A DNA stretch of 64,000 nt from a virus. Taxonomy: Duplodnaviria > Heunggongvirae > Uroviricota > Caudoviricetes. The translations under genes and the position numbers were made by a program. Positions within the stretch are counted from its first letter, which is position 1; the number at the start of each line of letters is the position of its first letter. The stretch covers positions 258,386-322,385 of the IMG/VR virus record IMGVR_UViG_3300043080_000590, one strand, 5' to 3'. Below are positions 37,844-47,794 of the stretch, piece after piece. Below the pieces are notes generated by a model. It made no database searches and was not told the origin of the DNA. It was given only the letters and a program-made list of their open reading frames with translations.

Positions 37844-38680
37844 ATGGAAAGGTTAATTAAAGAAATTCCTAATAATACATTTCATAGATTGTTAAAAAGT
37901 GAATTAGAAGATAACGTAAAAGAAAAATTCTATTTCTGTATTAATGATAAAAAAGTTAGTATAGATAAAATTAATACTTTTAATACTGGAATTGTTTTTT
38001 ATTTTGATGGAAATAAAATTATTTGTTTAGATAATATTGATGAAGAAGAAATAACAGAATTATTTTCTAATGTAAAAGAATATTTAATAGATATATTTGA
38101 TAATTTCAATTATGAAATATATTCTAATAATAAAAAATTAGAAGTTGGCTTGTTAGATATTATACAAGAATTTAGTTCAGCAAAAACTTCAACAAATATA
38201 ATTAATCGTATATATAAAAATACTGAATTTACCCCTAATTCACTTGTTTTAGATTATGGTGGTGGCAAATATGACAGTTCTATTGAATATTTAGCTAAAA
38301 AAGATGTAACTGTTTTAGTTTATGACCCATATAATCAAACTTCTGAACATAATAAAAGAGTTCTTAATATTGTTGAAGAAAACAATGGTGCTGATTATGT
38401 TGTTTGTTCAAATGTATTAAATGTAATTAAAGAATGTTCTATTATTGAAAATATATTAGAAGATTTAGATAAATATTGTAAAAAAGGTGGCATCATTAGA
38501 ATTTGTGCTTGTGTTCTTGATGGTTCTAATAAAGCCAAACCTAATAAGAAAAATGATACATTTCAAAAGAACAAAAAAACAAAGTATTATAATGATTTAA
38601 TAAATAATTTTTTTGGAGATAAAGGTTATACTGTTGAAACAGTTAAAGACCATTCTGAAATTTTTAACATAAAAAAGTAG
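37844..38680 (+). CDS. Class I SAM-dependent methyltransferase-like protein
   Basis: Motif I-like LDYGGGKYD and a post-I acidic residue VLVYDPYN. Confidence 0.4.
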   Translation: MERLIKEIPNNTFHRLLKSELEDNVKEKFYFCINDKKVSIDKINTFNTGIVFYFDGNKIICLDNIDEEEITELFSNVKEYLIDIFDNFNYEIYSNNKKLEVGLLDIIQEFSSAKTSTNIINRIYKNTEFTPNSLVLDYGGGKYDSSIEYLAKKDVTVLVYDPYNQTSEHNKRVLNIVEENNGADYVVCSNVLNVIKECSIIENILEDLDKYCKKGGIIRICACVLDGSNKAKPNKKNDTFQKNKKTKYYNDLINNFFGDKGYTVETVKDHSEIFNIKK

Positions 38681-38687
38681 GTGAAAA

Positions 38688-39275
38688 ATGATGCTTGATA
38701 AAAAAGCCTTACTTTATACAAAAACAACAATAGTTGAGTTTTTAAGAGGTTATATATATAATTCAGAAAACTATGCACATCTATTGCCCGATAAGGTTAC
38801 TGTTGAAGATATACAAGCTATTAAAGTATATGATGGTACACCTGATGTATTAACAGACTTTCCTATGGTTGTTATTTCTGGTACGACAGGTAATGTACAA
38901 CAGCTAGGATTGGCTGATTTTAAACAAGAACAGTATAATGAATTTGGTGATGTAATAGGTTACTTATATGGTGGTAATTATACATTTAGTTTAACAATGG
39001 AATGTGCCTCTTTAAGTTCTTATATGAATGAATTTTTGGCAGACTTTTTAGTTTCTGCATTAAGAATATATTTGTATAGAAAGTTAGAACAAAAAGGCAT
39101 ACTCATTACTCAAATTAATTATAACGGTGATTCTACTGTTATGGATAAGAATAATGTAATATATATATCAAATGTAGGATTTTCAACATTTAATCAATGG
39201 TCAGAATATATTGACTTGCTTGACATTAAAAATGTTACTATTGATATGGATGTTGAAGATAAAACTAAAAAATAA
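38688..39275 (+). CDS. Hypothetical protein
   Basis: 195-aa ORF with RBS AGGTGA. Confidence 0.4.
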   Translation: MMLDKKALLYTKTTIVEFLRGYIYNSENYAHLLPDKVTVEDIQAIKVYDGTPDVLTDFPMVVISGTTGNVQQLGLADFKQEQYNEFGDVIGYLYGGNYTFSLTMECASLSSYMNEFLADFLVSALRIYLYRKLEQKGILITQINYNGDSTVMDKNNVIYISNVGFSTFNQWSEYIDLLDIKNVTIDMDVEDKTKK

Positions 39276-39283
39276 ATATTATT

Positions 39284-39316
39284 AGAGAGGAAATTGATTT
39301 TTCCTCTCTTTTCTTA
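39284..39316 (+). terminator. Rho-independent terminator
   Basis: Hairpin agagagg...cctctct followed by TTTTCTT. Confidence 0.65.
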
Positions 39317-39341
39317 TATATTAAAATGTAATGAAACAATA

Positions 39342-39370
39342 TTGACAAACAATAAAAAATATGGTATAAT
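39342..39370 (+). promoter_or_regulatory. Conserved-family promoter with extended -10 (TTGACA-17-TGgTATAAT)
   Basis: TTGACA at 39342-39347 and TGGTATAAT at 39362-39370. Confidence 0.7.
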
Positions 39371-39394
39371 AAAACATAAACAAGGAAATTAAAA

Positions 39395-40483
39395 ATGAAA
39401 ATATTAATAAGTTTTTTAAATCAAAATAGTAAAGATAAAATTATTTCACCTTTTGTTAATTATAAAGATTGTGCGGCTAATGATGATAATTTAATTATTC
39501 CAGGTATTTTAAAAATTGATTATTCATCAACAGGAATTAAATGTTATTGTTATTCTTTATATATTGCTGAAATAATTATTTCTTCTATATGTACGGTAAG
39601 TGTTTCAGAAGATAATAATAATGGAAATGTTGTATTTCCTAACAATTTAGATTCAATTATGTTGGATTGTAATATATTTAGTTTTAATAAAATATTAGAA
39701 CTTGCTGTTAATGGTACAACTAATTACATAAATACAGAGAAAGAACAAATAAAAGCAAATATGTCATTATCTCAATGGCTGTCTGCTGATATAAATGTTA
39801 ATGATGGTAAAGCACTTATTAAACTACAATGCAATAATTATAATGTTTCTGTTAGTGATAAATCAGCAAAAGTATTTTGTGATAGAATAAAAGAACATCC
39901 TTTAATATTTGCGGATAATTTAAAGAAATATTTTGATTTTGGTTCTGAAATAAAAATTGAACCTAAAATTGAATATATTTATTTTTATAAAATGCTTAAA
40001 TCTGATACTGGATATAAAAAATATTCTAATTTTATCAATGACAACAAAAATTTAAACTTCAAATATAATGCAGGGAAAGAATATACTTGTAATTTATCTG
40101 ATACAGGTAAGATTGAATTTAAACTTGTTGATATAGGAGATAAATATCCCAAAAGAATTATTTTTCAATCGGGGGAATATGATGATTTAAGCGTTTTAAC
40201 TAAGTTGAAGAAATATTTTAATATAAATAATATTTCAATTATTGCAAAGGTTAGTAATTTAAAACTGTCTTTAGATAGTCTTTTAAATAAATTGAATTTT
40301 TACAAGGACGAAGATTTTTTTGTTTTTGCTAATGTAAAAGATAATTTAAAAGCTACATATAATATTTATAACAATATTATGAACATTAGACAGGATATAA
40401 AAATTGATGAAATAGATACAATAGATAATGAAAAAAATAAAGTTGAGGAATTAATAGAGGAGTTTGTAAGTTATAATGAATAA
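39395..40483 (+). CDS. Hypothetical protein (362 aa)
   Basis: RBS AAGGAAA. Confidence 0.45.
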   Translation: MKILISFLNQNSKDKIISPFVNYKDCAANDDNLIIPGILKIDYSSTGIKCYCYSLYIAEIIISSICTVSVSEDNNNGNVVFPNNLDSIMLDCNIFSFNKILELAVNGTTNYINTEKEQIKANMSLSQWLSADINVNDGKALIKLQCNNYNVSVSDKSAKVFCDRIKEHPLIFADNLKKYFDFGSEIKIEPKIEYIYFYKMLKSDTGYKKYSNFINDNKNLNFKYNAGKEYTCNLSDTGKIEFKLVDIGDKYPKRIIFQSGEYDDLSVLTKLKKYFNINNISIIAKVSNLKLSLDSLLNKLNFYKDEDFFVFANVKDNLKATYNIYNNIMNIRQDIKIDEIDTIDNEKNKVEELIEEFVSYNE

Positions 40484-40503
40484 AATATAAGGAGCTGATA
40501 TTC

Positions 40504-41016
40504 GTGAAACAATATGTTTATTTTGTAAAAGCAGGTTTTTTAGGTAAACTCAGTGACGAAATACATTGTGAGTATGATAATTTAAACTTTGTAATAAATA
40601 ATGGTAATATATATAAGACAGAATTATTACATCTTAAATTAAATAAAGACTTTAATGAAACAACTTTTCATTTAAGTAGAAAAGTAAAAGAAAAATTATT
40701 TTTCTTAACTCCAAGAGGTATATCATTATGTATAGAAAAGATTTATACTAAGATAGACAAAAAACATATTAAGAACGAATATCATATTATATTAAAATAT
40801 CATGACATTGCATATACACCTATGACAGCTTATCTCGATAAAAAAATAAGTTTTGCAGAAATGAAAAAGATATATGCTGTTTTTAATGAATGTTCTAAAA
40901 AAGAAAAGTATATAGTTTTTGAAACAAAAAAAGAAGCTATAAAATATTGTAAAAGTTATAATTTGGAAATTGTTCAAAATTATTTAATAAACACAATAAG
41001 AGAAGTAGAATTGTAA
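40504..41016 (+). CDS. Hypothetical protein
   Basis: GTG start after AAGGAG. Confidence 0.4.
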   Translation: MKQYVYFVKAGFLGKLSDEIHCEYDNLNFVINNGNIYKTELLHLKLNKDFNETTFHLSRKVKEKLFFLTPRGISLCIEKIYTKIDKKHIKNEYHIILKYHDIAYTPMTAYLDKKISFAEMKKIYAVFNECSKKEKYIVFETKKEAIKYCKSYNLEIVQNYLINTIREVEL

Positions 41017-41043
41017 AAATAAAATGTAAAGGAAGAATTGATA

Positions 41044-41382
41044 GTGAAAATTTTGAAAATGGATAGTAAACCAATAAAAAATTACGAAAATCTATTTGTT
41101 TGTCATATAAATCAATTAGATAGTAATTTTACGGAAACAAATAAATGGTTGAATTGTTTTCTTATTATTCCTAATATAACTACGTTAGTAAAGACTAAGA
41201 AAAAGAATTCAGACCAATATTATTATATAATGATACACGATATAGTTAAGTTTAATACATTATGGGCAGGACTTTTAAATTTAGCAAAGCAACCTGTTGT
41301 TGTAGATACGATAGTAAGTAATAGATTAGTAGTATGGTTTTATAAAAAACTTTACTTTACTAAGGAGGCAAATATAAAATGA
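41044..41382 (+). CDS. Hypothetical protein
   Basis: The exact start is uncertain among TTG, GTG and ATG. The end overlaps the next gene (ATGA). Confidence 0.3.
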   Translation: MKILKMDSKPIKNYENLFVCHINQLDSNFTETNKWLNCFLIIPNITTLVKTKKKNSDQYYYIMIHDIVKFNTLWAGLLNLAKQPVVVDTIVSNRLVVWFYKKLYFTKEANIK

Positions 41383-42104
41383 TTTATTTAACAGGAGATA
41401 CACACGGTGATTTCAGAAGAATAATAAGATATGATTTAACTGATAAGGATTATATAATTGTATGTGGTGATTTTGGTATTTGGCATAAAGGTCAGAATGT
41501 CAGTTTCGATTATCTTGCTAAATTACCTTATAAAATATTATTTGTAGATGGTAATCATTCTAACTTTGATTGGTTAAAAGAATTTCCTATTGAAGATTGG
41601 AATGGTGGTAAAGTTCAATTCATAAGAAAGAATATTATTCATTTAATGCGTGGATATGTTTTTAACATTGAAGGTAAAACAATATTTACTTTCGGTGGTG
41701 CAAGGTCAGTAGATGTACAAGGTGGTATATTAGATAAAAATGACCCAGATTTTAAAAATAAAAAGTTGTTTGCAGAGAATACAGGCAGACCTTATAGAAT
41801 AGACCATGAATCTTGGTGGAAAGAAGAAATGCCTAATGAAGAAGAAATGAAACGTGGTATTGATAATCTTAATAAAATAAACAATAAAGTAGATTATGTG
41901 ATTACTCACGCTACTTCTGATTGTATATTAAAACAAATATCAGATTTCTTTACTGATGATTTAATTACTAATTATTTTGCTTTAATAAGAAATAAAATAA
42001 CTTTTGATAAATGGTATTTTGGTCATTATCATATTGATGAAAATATTACAGATAAAGATATTTGCTTATATTATAGAATAATAGAATTAGGTGAAACTTT
42101 ATAA
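41379..42104 (+). CDS. Calcineurin-like metallophosphoesterase (Ser/Thr phosphatase or Mre11-like core motifs)
   Basis: Motifs GDTHG, GDFG and GNHSN are present. The protein is 241 aa. Confidence 0.65.
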   Translation: MIYLTGDTHGDFRRIIRYDLTDKDYIIVCGDFGIWHKGQNVSFDYLAKLPYKILFVDGNHSNFDWLKEFPIEDWNGGKVQFIRKNIIHLMRGYVFNIEGKTIFTFGGARSVDVQGGILDKNDPDFKNKKLFAENTGRPYRIDHESWWKEEMPNEEEMKRGIDNLNKINNKVDYVITHATSDCILKQISDFFTDDLITNYFALIRNKITFDKWYFGHYHIDENITDKDICLYYRIIELGETL

Positions 42105-42123
42105 GTACGAAGGGAAGATAAAA

Positions 42124-42552
42124 ATGTATTATGTTTATTGTTCAAAAATCTATGAAAAGAAAAAGGTTAATAAAGAACTATTGAAAAGGTCAATAAGTGA
42201 TTTTATGTTAAATTTAAAAGATATAATACCTGTTTATCGTTATCTTGTAAGAACAGAAGATAAATCTTTAAAGTTTTTATTTAAACTAATGGGGTATCAA
42301 TTATTTTACCAACAAATTGATAATGACGATTTATATGACATACATATTTATAATGGACGAAACCGTGTAAGTGATTTAGAAACAACTGTTTCAGAATATC
42401 TTTATGTTGAAGATATTCTCTTATCAGACGATATTGTTTTTAAAGATAAAATCCTTAAAGGCGTATTGGTAAAAAATTTTGGTAATATTGTAGAAATACA
42501 AGATAACTTTAAAAATTGTCAATTTGAATATTTTTATTTAGAAAATAAATGA
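42124..42552 (+). CDS. Hypothetical protein
   Basis: Start set at the ATG after GAAGGGAAG. The ORF-track start overlaps the upstream gene. Confidence 0.4.
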   Translation: MYYVYCSKIYEKKKVNKELLKRSISDFMLNLKDIIPVYRYLVRTEDKSLKFLFKLMGYQLFYQQIDNDDLYDIHIYNGRNRVSDLETTVSEYLYVEDILLSDDIVFKDKILKGVLVKNFGNIVEIQDNFKNCQFEYFYLENK

Positions 42553-42561
42553 GGTTTTAAT

Positions 42562-42933
42562 ATGAAAGATTTAATTTTAGGTATAATTTTTATTTTAATG
42601 TGTGTTGCTTTTGATGATTTTATTTTTACTTTAATATTTGAATATATTAGAAGAATGATAAAAGTTAAGCATAAACATATATTGGTTTTTTCATTTTGTT
42701 TTGTATGTGCTGTATTTTATGTTATAACTATGTTTTTTATAACCAATATATTCGCAAAGTTATTTGTATCTGGTTTTTTGCTTGCTATTGTAAATATATT
42801 CCATTTAGAATTTCAGGATATATTTATAGAATATGATTGTAGCTTTTTTACAAGATGTATTGTTCAATTATTGTCTTGGGTTGTTTTATTCTTCTTGACA
42901 TTATTGTTCTTTTCAACACCTATAATTGTATAA
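42562..42933 (+). CDS. Small membrane protein (about 4 TM)
   Basis: 123 aa that are hydrophobic. Confidence 0.45.
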   Translation: MKDLILGIIFILMCVAFDDFIFTLIFEYIRRMIKVKHKHILVFSFCFVCAVFYVITMFFITNIFAKLFVSGFLLAIVNIFHLEFQDIFIEYDCSFFTRCIVQLLSWVVLFFLTLLFFSTPIIV

Positions 42934-42942
42934 AAATATTTT

Positions 42943-42973
42943 ACCCACGGTATTTTATCGTGGGTATTTTTAT
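42943..42973 (+). terminator. Rho-independent terminator
   Basis: acccacg(gtattttat)cgtgggt followed by a T-run. Confidence 0.65.
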
Positions 42974-42986
42974 ATTTTAAAATAAG

Positions 42987-43217
42987 GTGATAAAAATGGT
43001 TAAAGTTATAAAGTTAAATAAGAAAAAAATAGATTTGCAAGATATATTTGAAAATCATCAAGAACTTTTAGAACTGACAAGTAAATTATGTTTAAATGAA
43101 AATATAATGGATAAAGAAATTGCTGATAAAATAAATAGTTATTATGAAAAGTTAAATATTTTATATAATGACTTGTTTGATATTGGTATTAATATGGAAT
43201 TTTATAATAAAGTATGA
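42987..43217 (+). CDS. Hypothetical small protein
   Basis: 76 aa with RBS AAGGTGA. Confidence 0.35.
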   Translation: MIKMVKVIKLNKKKIDLQDIFENHQELLELTSKLCLNENIMDKEIADKINSYYEKLNILYNDLFDIGINMEFYNKV

Positions 43218-43284
43218 ATTTGAGGTTTAATTTTTAAAATTTTCCTTTTATATTATAAAAAACCTAATGAAAGGAAGATTGAAA

Positions 43285-43818
43285 ATGAAGAAGTATGATG
43301 TAAACAACAATTGTATTTATTACAAAGAAAAACAAGGAGTAACAACCACATCAAATTGGTGGGATTTGACTTTACCGCAGCAGGAAGTAAGTTTAACACA
43401 AGAAGATTATGATTTTTGTAACTGTTGCAAGGAAGTATATAATGCTAACGATATTGTTAATGTAGAAATTCCTTGTGAAAATAAGGTTGTTATCGTTACA
43501 TTTGCAGATGGCACTAAGATTAAGACAGTATGTGATGAACAGGACACATTCACATTAGAAATGGCTATTTCTATCGCTATTACTAAGAAGTTGCTTGGTG
43601 GTACAGGAGCTTATAATAGAGCAATTAAACAGGGTATAAATGCTTATAAGGATAGAATTAAGGCAGAAGAAAAACAAGCCGAAAATGATAGAATTTATTA
43701 TGCAAGAAAGGCTAAGAAGGAAGCTAAGAGAAAATTAAAAGAAGAAAAGAAAAGAGAACAGTTCAAAAATGATTTAACATCAGCTATTGTTGAAGCATTA
43801 AAGACGTTGGAAAAATAA
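43285..43818 (+). CDS. Hypothetical protein with Cys cluster and basic C-terminal tail
   Basis: Start at MKKYDV after AAAGGAAG. CNCC...C...C motifs are present. The C-terminus is K/E-rich. Confidence 0.4.
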   Translation: MKKYDVNNNCIYYKEKQGVTTTSNWWDLTLPQQEVSLTQEDYDFCNCCKEVYNANDIVNVEIPCENKVVIVTFADGTKIKTVCDEQDTFTLEMAISIAITKKLLGGTGAYNRAIKQGINAYKDRIKAEEKQAENDRIYYARKAKKEAKRKLKEEKKREQFKNDLTSAIVEALKTLEK

Positions 43819-43834
43819 TTTGGGGTGAATATAT

Positions 43835-44098
43835 ATGGAAAAAAGAGATGAGGTAATTAATTATTACTATAAGAAGTTAAAGCAATTACATAAAAGAGCT
43901 TTTCCTGAATTAACAGTAGGTCAGGTTATTAGTAAAGCCATCGAATATAATAATTCTTTCTATAAGGAAGAACTTACAGATATTGCTGATATGACCGAAG
44001 AAGAATTACTTAAATTATTTGAAGCGTTTGCTGAATATTATAATGAAAAGAAAAATTTGCAAGTAGAAGAAAATGAAGAGGAAGAAAAGGTAGAATAA
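43835..44098 (+). CDS. Hypothetical small protein
   Basis: 87 aa with RBS GGGGTGA. Confidence 0.35.
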   Translation: MEKRDEVINYYYKKLKQLHKRAFPELTVGQVISKAIEYNNSFYKEELTDIADMTEEELLKLFEAFAEYYNEKKNLQVEENEEEEKVE

Positions 44099-44379
44099 TG
44101 AAAAATTCTAAAGAGCAGGTATTTTTTTGTAAATGCGGTTGTCATAATGGCATTTGTTTTAAGTTTGATTATGATGAGGAATGTACTCCTACTTTGAATA
44201 TTTCTTTAGTAAATGATTTGTTTTATATAAATCAATTAGGATTTTTTAAAAGATTTATTGAAAAATTAAAGAAAATATATTGTATTATTTTCAATAAAGA
44301 ATATTATTACTTTGATATAGTTATCGAATACGAAGAAATTAATCGTTTAAAAGAAATAATAAATTGTATAGGAGAATAA
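44098..44379 (+). CDS. Hypothetical Cys-rich small protein
   Basis: Contains CKCGCHNGIC. It is translationally coupled to the upstream gene (TAATG). Confidence 0.35.
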   Translation: MKNSKEQVFFCKCGCHNGICFKFDYDEECTPTLNISLVNDLFYINQLGFFKRFIEKLKKIYCIIFNKEYYYFDIVIEYEEINRLKEIINCIGE

Positions 44380-44382
44380 AAA

Positions 44383-44610
44383 ATGTCTTTTGATGAATTA
44401 AGTTATGAGGAATTAACGGAAAAGTCTGTCGAGAAGTCAGATAGATTTGGCAGATGCTTTATTTGTAGGGGTACAACAAAGTATAAGGATTTTTGTTCTG
44501 ATTTATATGTTTGCTGCGAAGCTTGTTTAAAAGAAGAACTGAAATGGTTAGAACAAAATCAAGATGTTGAGGAAGAAAGTTTTATAGGAAAAATGAGAAG
44601 TTATTACTAA
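44383..44610 (+). CDS. Hypothetical zinc-ribbon small protein
   Basis: Contains CFICRG...CCEAC. Confidence 0.35.
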   Translation: MSFDELSYEELTEKSVEKSDRFGRCFICRGTTKYKDFCSDLYVCCEACLKEELKWLEQNQDVEEESFIGKMRSYY

Positions 44611-44616
44611 TATTAC

Positions 44617-44648
44617 AAGAGGAGGATTAATTGCCTCCTCTTTTTTAT
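44617..44648 (+). terminator. Rho-independent terminator
   Basis: aagaggagg(attaattg)cctcctctt followed by TTTTTT. Confidence 0.75.
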
Positions 44649-44658
44649 TAAAAAACAG

Positions 44659-44687
44659 TTGACAAAACATAAAAAATATGGTATAAT
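44659..44687 (+). promoter_or_regulatory. Conserved-family promoter with extended -10 (TTGACA-17-TGgTATAAT)
   Basis: TTGACA at 44659-44664 and TGGTATAAT at 44679-44687. Confidence 0.75.
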
Positions 44688-44718
44688 ATATGTAATCAAA
44701 TAAAAGGGAGAAAAATAA

Positions 44719-45012
44719 ATGAATAATGATGTACATAGTATAAATATGTTACTAATGGCAAAAGAAATAATACGATATGAAATACAAGAAGTTTTAGATA
44801 ATGAAAATGATTTACCAACTCATATATTCTTTTGGTTGAAATATCATTTTGACTCTGCTTATCCAGTAGTCGCTATGGAAAGTATTTTAAATAGTGAGGG
44901 TAAAGAAAGCGAATATTATAAAACTTTTAGTTCTTATAAACAAGTAATAGATATTTTTAAAAGACAATTAATTACAACAAGTATGAACTTGCAAGCTGAA
45001 CAAAACAATTGA
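44719..45012 (+). CDS. Hypothetical protein
   Basis: 97 aa with RBS AAGGGAG. Confidence 0.4.
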   Translation: MNNDVHSINMLLMAKEIIRYEIQEVLDNENDLPTHIFFWLKYHFDSAYPVVAMESILNSEGKESEYYKTFSSYKQVIDIFKRQLITTSMNLQAEQNN

Positions 45013-45043
45013 ATTTAAAAAATTATGAAAGGGGATTTGATTT

Positions 45044-45208
45044 ATGGAATATATTATTGTTGGTGCTATAGTTATTTGTGCGATACATCTTTTAGTAGTT
45101 GGCATAGATAATATTATAAATAATAGAATATCTTTGCATACAATAGCTTGGGTATTCTTAATCATTGTGACATATATTTTATATAAATGGAATCCCTTGG
45201 GATTGTAA
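45044..45208 (+). CDS. Unlisted small membrane peptide (54 aa)
   Basis: The ATG at 45044 follows AAAGGGGA. It has two hydrophobic segments (MEYIIVGAIVICAIHLLVVG...). It is absent from the ORF track, which appears to use a 60-aa cut-off. Confidence 0.35.
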   Translation: MEYIIVGAIVICAIHLLVVGIDNIINNRISLHTIAWVFLIIVTYILYKWNPLGL

Positions 45209-45217
45209 GGTGAATTT

Positions 45218-45760
45218 ATGAGAAAATATGCTAATAACGAAGAAGTTTTCGAATATTATTCTATTCCATACAAATATCCATATTTAAGTGATGCTCAAAT
45301 TTTTGTTTATTTATATACAGAAGAAATAGATAAAGATTTAGTTTCTCAATATATGGATGAACCACAATTTTTAATGAACTTATACAAGTTCTTGTCAGGA
45401 GGAGATAAAATTGAGTTAATAAAGAAAATAACAAGATTATGGAAATTACTTGATTTAAATGATAATGACGAATTTATATTTTTTCAGTCAATAGTTTTCT
45501 TGTCTAATATAAATAAAAAATTATACTGTCAAGGATATAATATATACTGTGATATTGATGTACTTGTAAATCAGTTACCATTTCTTTTATTCAAGACAAG
45601 CGAAAGACGTGAAGAAATTATAAATAATGTACAGATGTATGCTTCAGACGATACTAATAATAGTATGGACTATCAACTAAATATGCTATTTGCAGAACTT
45701 TCTGTTCTTATTGGCAAAGAACATATTAAGATTTATTCACTGCTTTTAAATAAACAATGA
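45218..45760 (+). CDS. Hypothetical protein
   Basis: 180 aa with RBS AAGGTGA. Confidence 0.4.
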   Translation: MRKYANNEEVFEYYSIPYKYPYLSDAQIFVYLYTEEIDKDLVSQYMDEPQFLMNLYKFLSGGDKIELIKKITRLWKLLDLNDNDEFIFFQSIVFLSNINKKLYCQGYNIYCDIDVLVNQLPFLLFKTSERREEIINNVQMYASDDTNNSMDYQLNMLFAELSVLIGKEHIKIYSLLLNKQ

Positions 45761-46268
45761 GAGGTGTTGAATAATATGTATTTGAATTTAACGGACGTTT
45801 TTGACATAGGATGTAATATAGATTGTAATTCTGATTATCTAATAGATAATTTTGATTGGTATGATTTTTGTTATAATCATATTGATTATTATTATGACGA
45901 TGATAATTGTGTAGAGGATTATGATTTTTCAATTTATGAAAAGAAAGATTTAAATATACTGAAAAGTTATTTAACTAATTGTATTGAATTTCCTAATAAT
46001 GGAGATATTCAAAAGTGTTTGGATTTATTTAAAGTTAGAAATATCTCTGAACTTAAAGACAATTATTTAAAAGAACTTAGTCTTTTCCGAGTTACAGACA
46101 ATGTTGAGGAAATTGTTGCAACAATAAAGAATTGTTGTAATTTCAATGTAGAGAGGTTAAAGAAATCAGTTGTAGATACTATTATTGAAATAAGGCAACC
46201 GCAATCTCACTGGCTTTAGACGGTGGGTTAAGGTTGCCAAAAGTATAAAATTGTAGTATAATCTTATT

Positions 46269-46673
46269 ATGGAAGTATGGAAATCAAAGAACAGACACAA
46301 GTATTTATTACAATATCATATAATCTTTGTATGTAAATACAGAAAGAAATTATTTACATTTGATAGAATATTAGATGACATAAAACAGTTTTCGTATGAG
46401 ATATGTCAAAAACACAGTGTAATAATTAAATATATGGAAACTGATAAAGACCATATCCATTATATGATAGAAACAGAACCAACGATGTCTGTTAGTAAAA
46501 TAGTAAATCTTATGAAAAGTTATACAACATATCATATATGGAAACGCTATTCGGTTTATTTAAGAAAACGCTATTGGAAAGAAAATACTTTTTGGACTAA
46601 TGGATGTTTTGCTTGCAGTGTAGGAAATGTTTCGGAAGAAATGTTAAAAGAATATATAGAAAATCAAGGTTAA
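46269..46673 (+). CDS. tnpA: IS200-like Y1 transposase TnpA
   Basis: 134 aa. The HxH motif is HIHYMIE and the catalytic Tyr region is YTTYHIWKRY. Confidence 0.8.
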   Translation: MEVWKSKNRHKYLLQYHIIFVCKYRKKLFTFDRILDDIKQFSYEICQKHSVIIKYMETDKDHIHYMIETEPTMSVSKIVNLMKSYTTYHIWKRYSVYLRKRYWKENTFWTNGCFACSVGNVSEEMLKEYIENQG

Positions 46674-46680
46674 AAAGGCG

Positions 46681-47794
46681 GTGACAGCGATGTTAAAGGC
46701 ATACAAATACAGGATTTATCCCAATGAAGAACAAAAGATATTGTTAGCAAAAACATTCGGCTGTTGCCGTTTTGTTTATAATAAAACACTTGCATACCGT
46801 AAAGAAAAATATGATAGTGAAAGAAAGTCTGTTAGTAAAACAGATTGTAATAATTACTGCAACAGAGAATTAAAGACAGCATATGAATGGCTGAAAGAAG
46901 TGGATAAATTTGCCCTTACCAATGCTGTTTACAATATGGATAATGCTTATCAAAAATTTTTTAAGGAACATACAGGCTATCCTAAATTTAAAAGTAAGCA
47001 CGACAATAACAAATCATATACAACCAATTATACCAATGGTAATATTGACGTAGATTTTGAGAACGGAAGAATAAAACTCCCAAAACTTAAACAAGTAAAG
47101 GCAAAACTACACAGAGTTTTTGACGGACAAATAAAATCAGCCACAGTTTCACAAGTACCGAGCGGAAAATTTTTTGTATCTGTTCTGGTGGAAACCGAGC
47201 ATAAAGAACTTCCACATAAACAAACGAATATTGGGTTAGATTTAGGAATTAAGGATTTGTGTATAACATCTAATGGTAAAATTTATAAAAATCCTAAAGT
47301 AATAAAAAGGTATGAGAAAATGTTGACAAAGTTGCAAAGACAACTTGCACACAAAAAAAGAGGAAGTAATAATTATTATAAAGCAAGGAAACGGGCTGCA
47401 TTGTGTTATGAAAGAATAAAAAATACAAGAAAAGATTATTTGCATAAAATTTCAAAAGAGATTATAAGCGAAAACCAAGTTATAGTTTCAGAAGATTTGC
47501 AAATAAAAAATATGATGAAAAACGATAATCTTTCAAAAAATATAGCTGATGTATCATGGTATGATTTGACAAGGCAGTTGGAATATAAAGCAAAATGGAA
47601 TGGCAGAGAATACGTTAAAGTAGATACTTTTTATGCAAGCAGTCAAATTTGTTCCGAATGTGGATATAAGAACGCAGAAGTAAAGGATTTGTCTGTTAGA
47701 AAAATGGATATGTCCGAAATGCGGAAAAGAGCATAACAGAGATACAAATGCAGCAAAAAATATATTAGCGGAAGGACTAAGACAAATAGCATAA
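46681..47794 (+). pseudogene. tnpB: IS605 OrfB/TnpB (RuvC-like, Zn finger) with +1 frameshift in an A-run near 47700-47710
   Basis: The ORF stops after ...[15 protein letters not shown]. The +1 frame continues [29 protein letters not shown], which is the canonical TnpB zinc-finger end, down to the stop at 47792-47794. Confidence 0.7.

Noticed and set aside
41379-42104. Calling the 241-aa phosphoesterase SbcD/Mre11
   Set aside because: It is too short and lacks a capping domain. The motifs are generic to calcineurin-like phosphoesterases, and it is not adjacent to SbcC.
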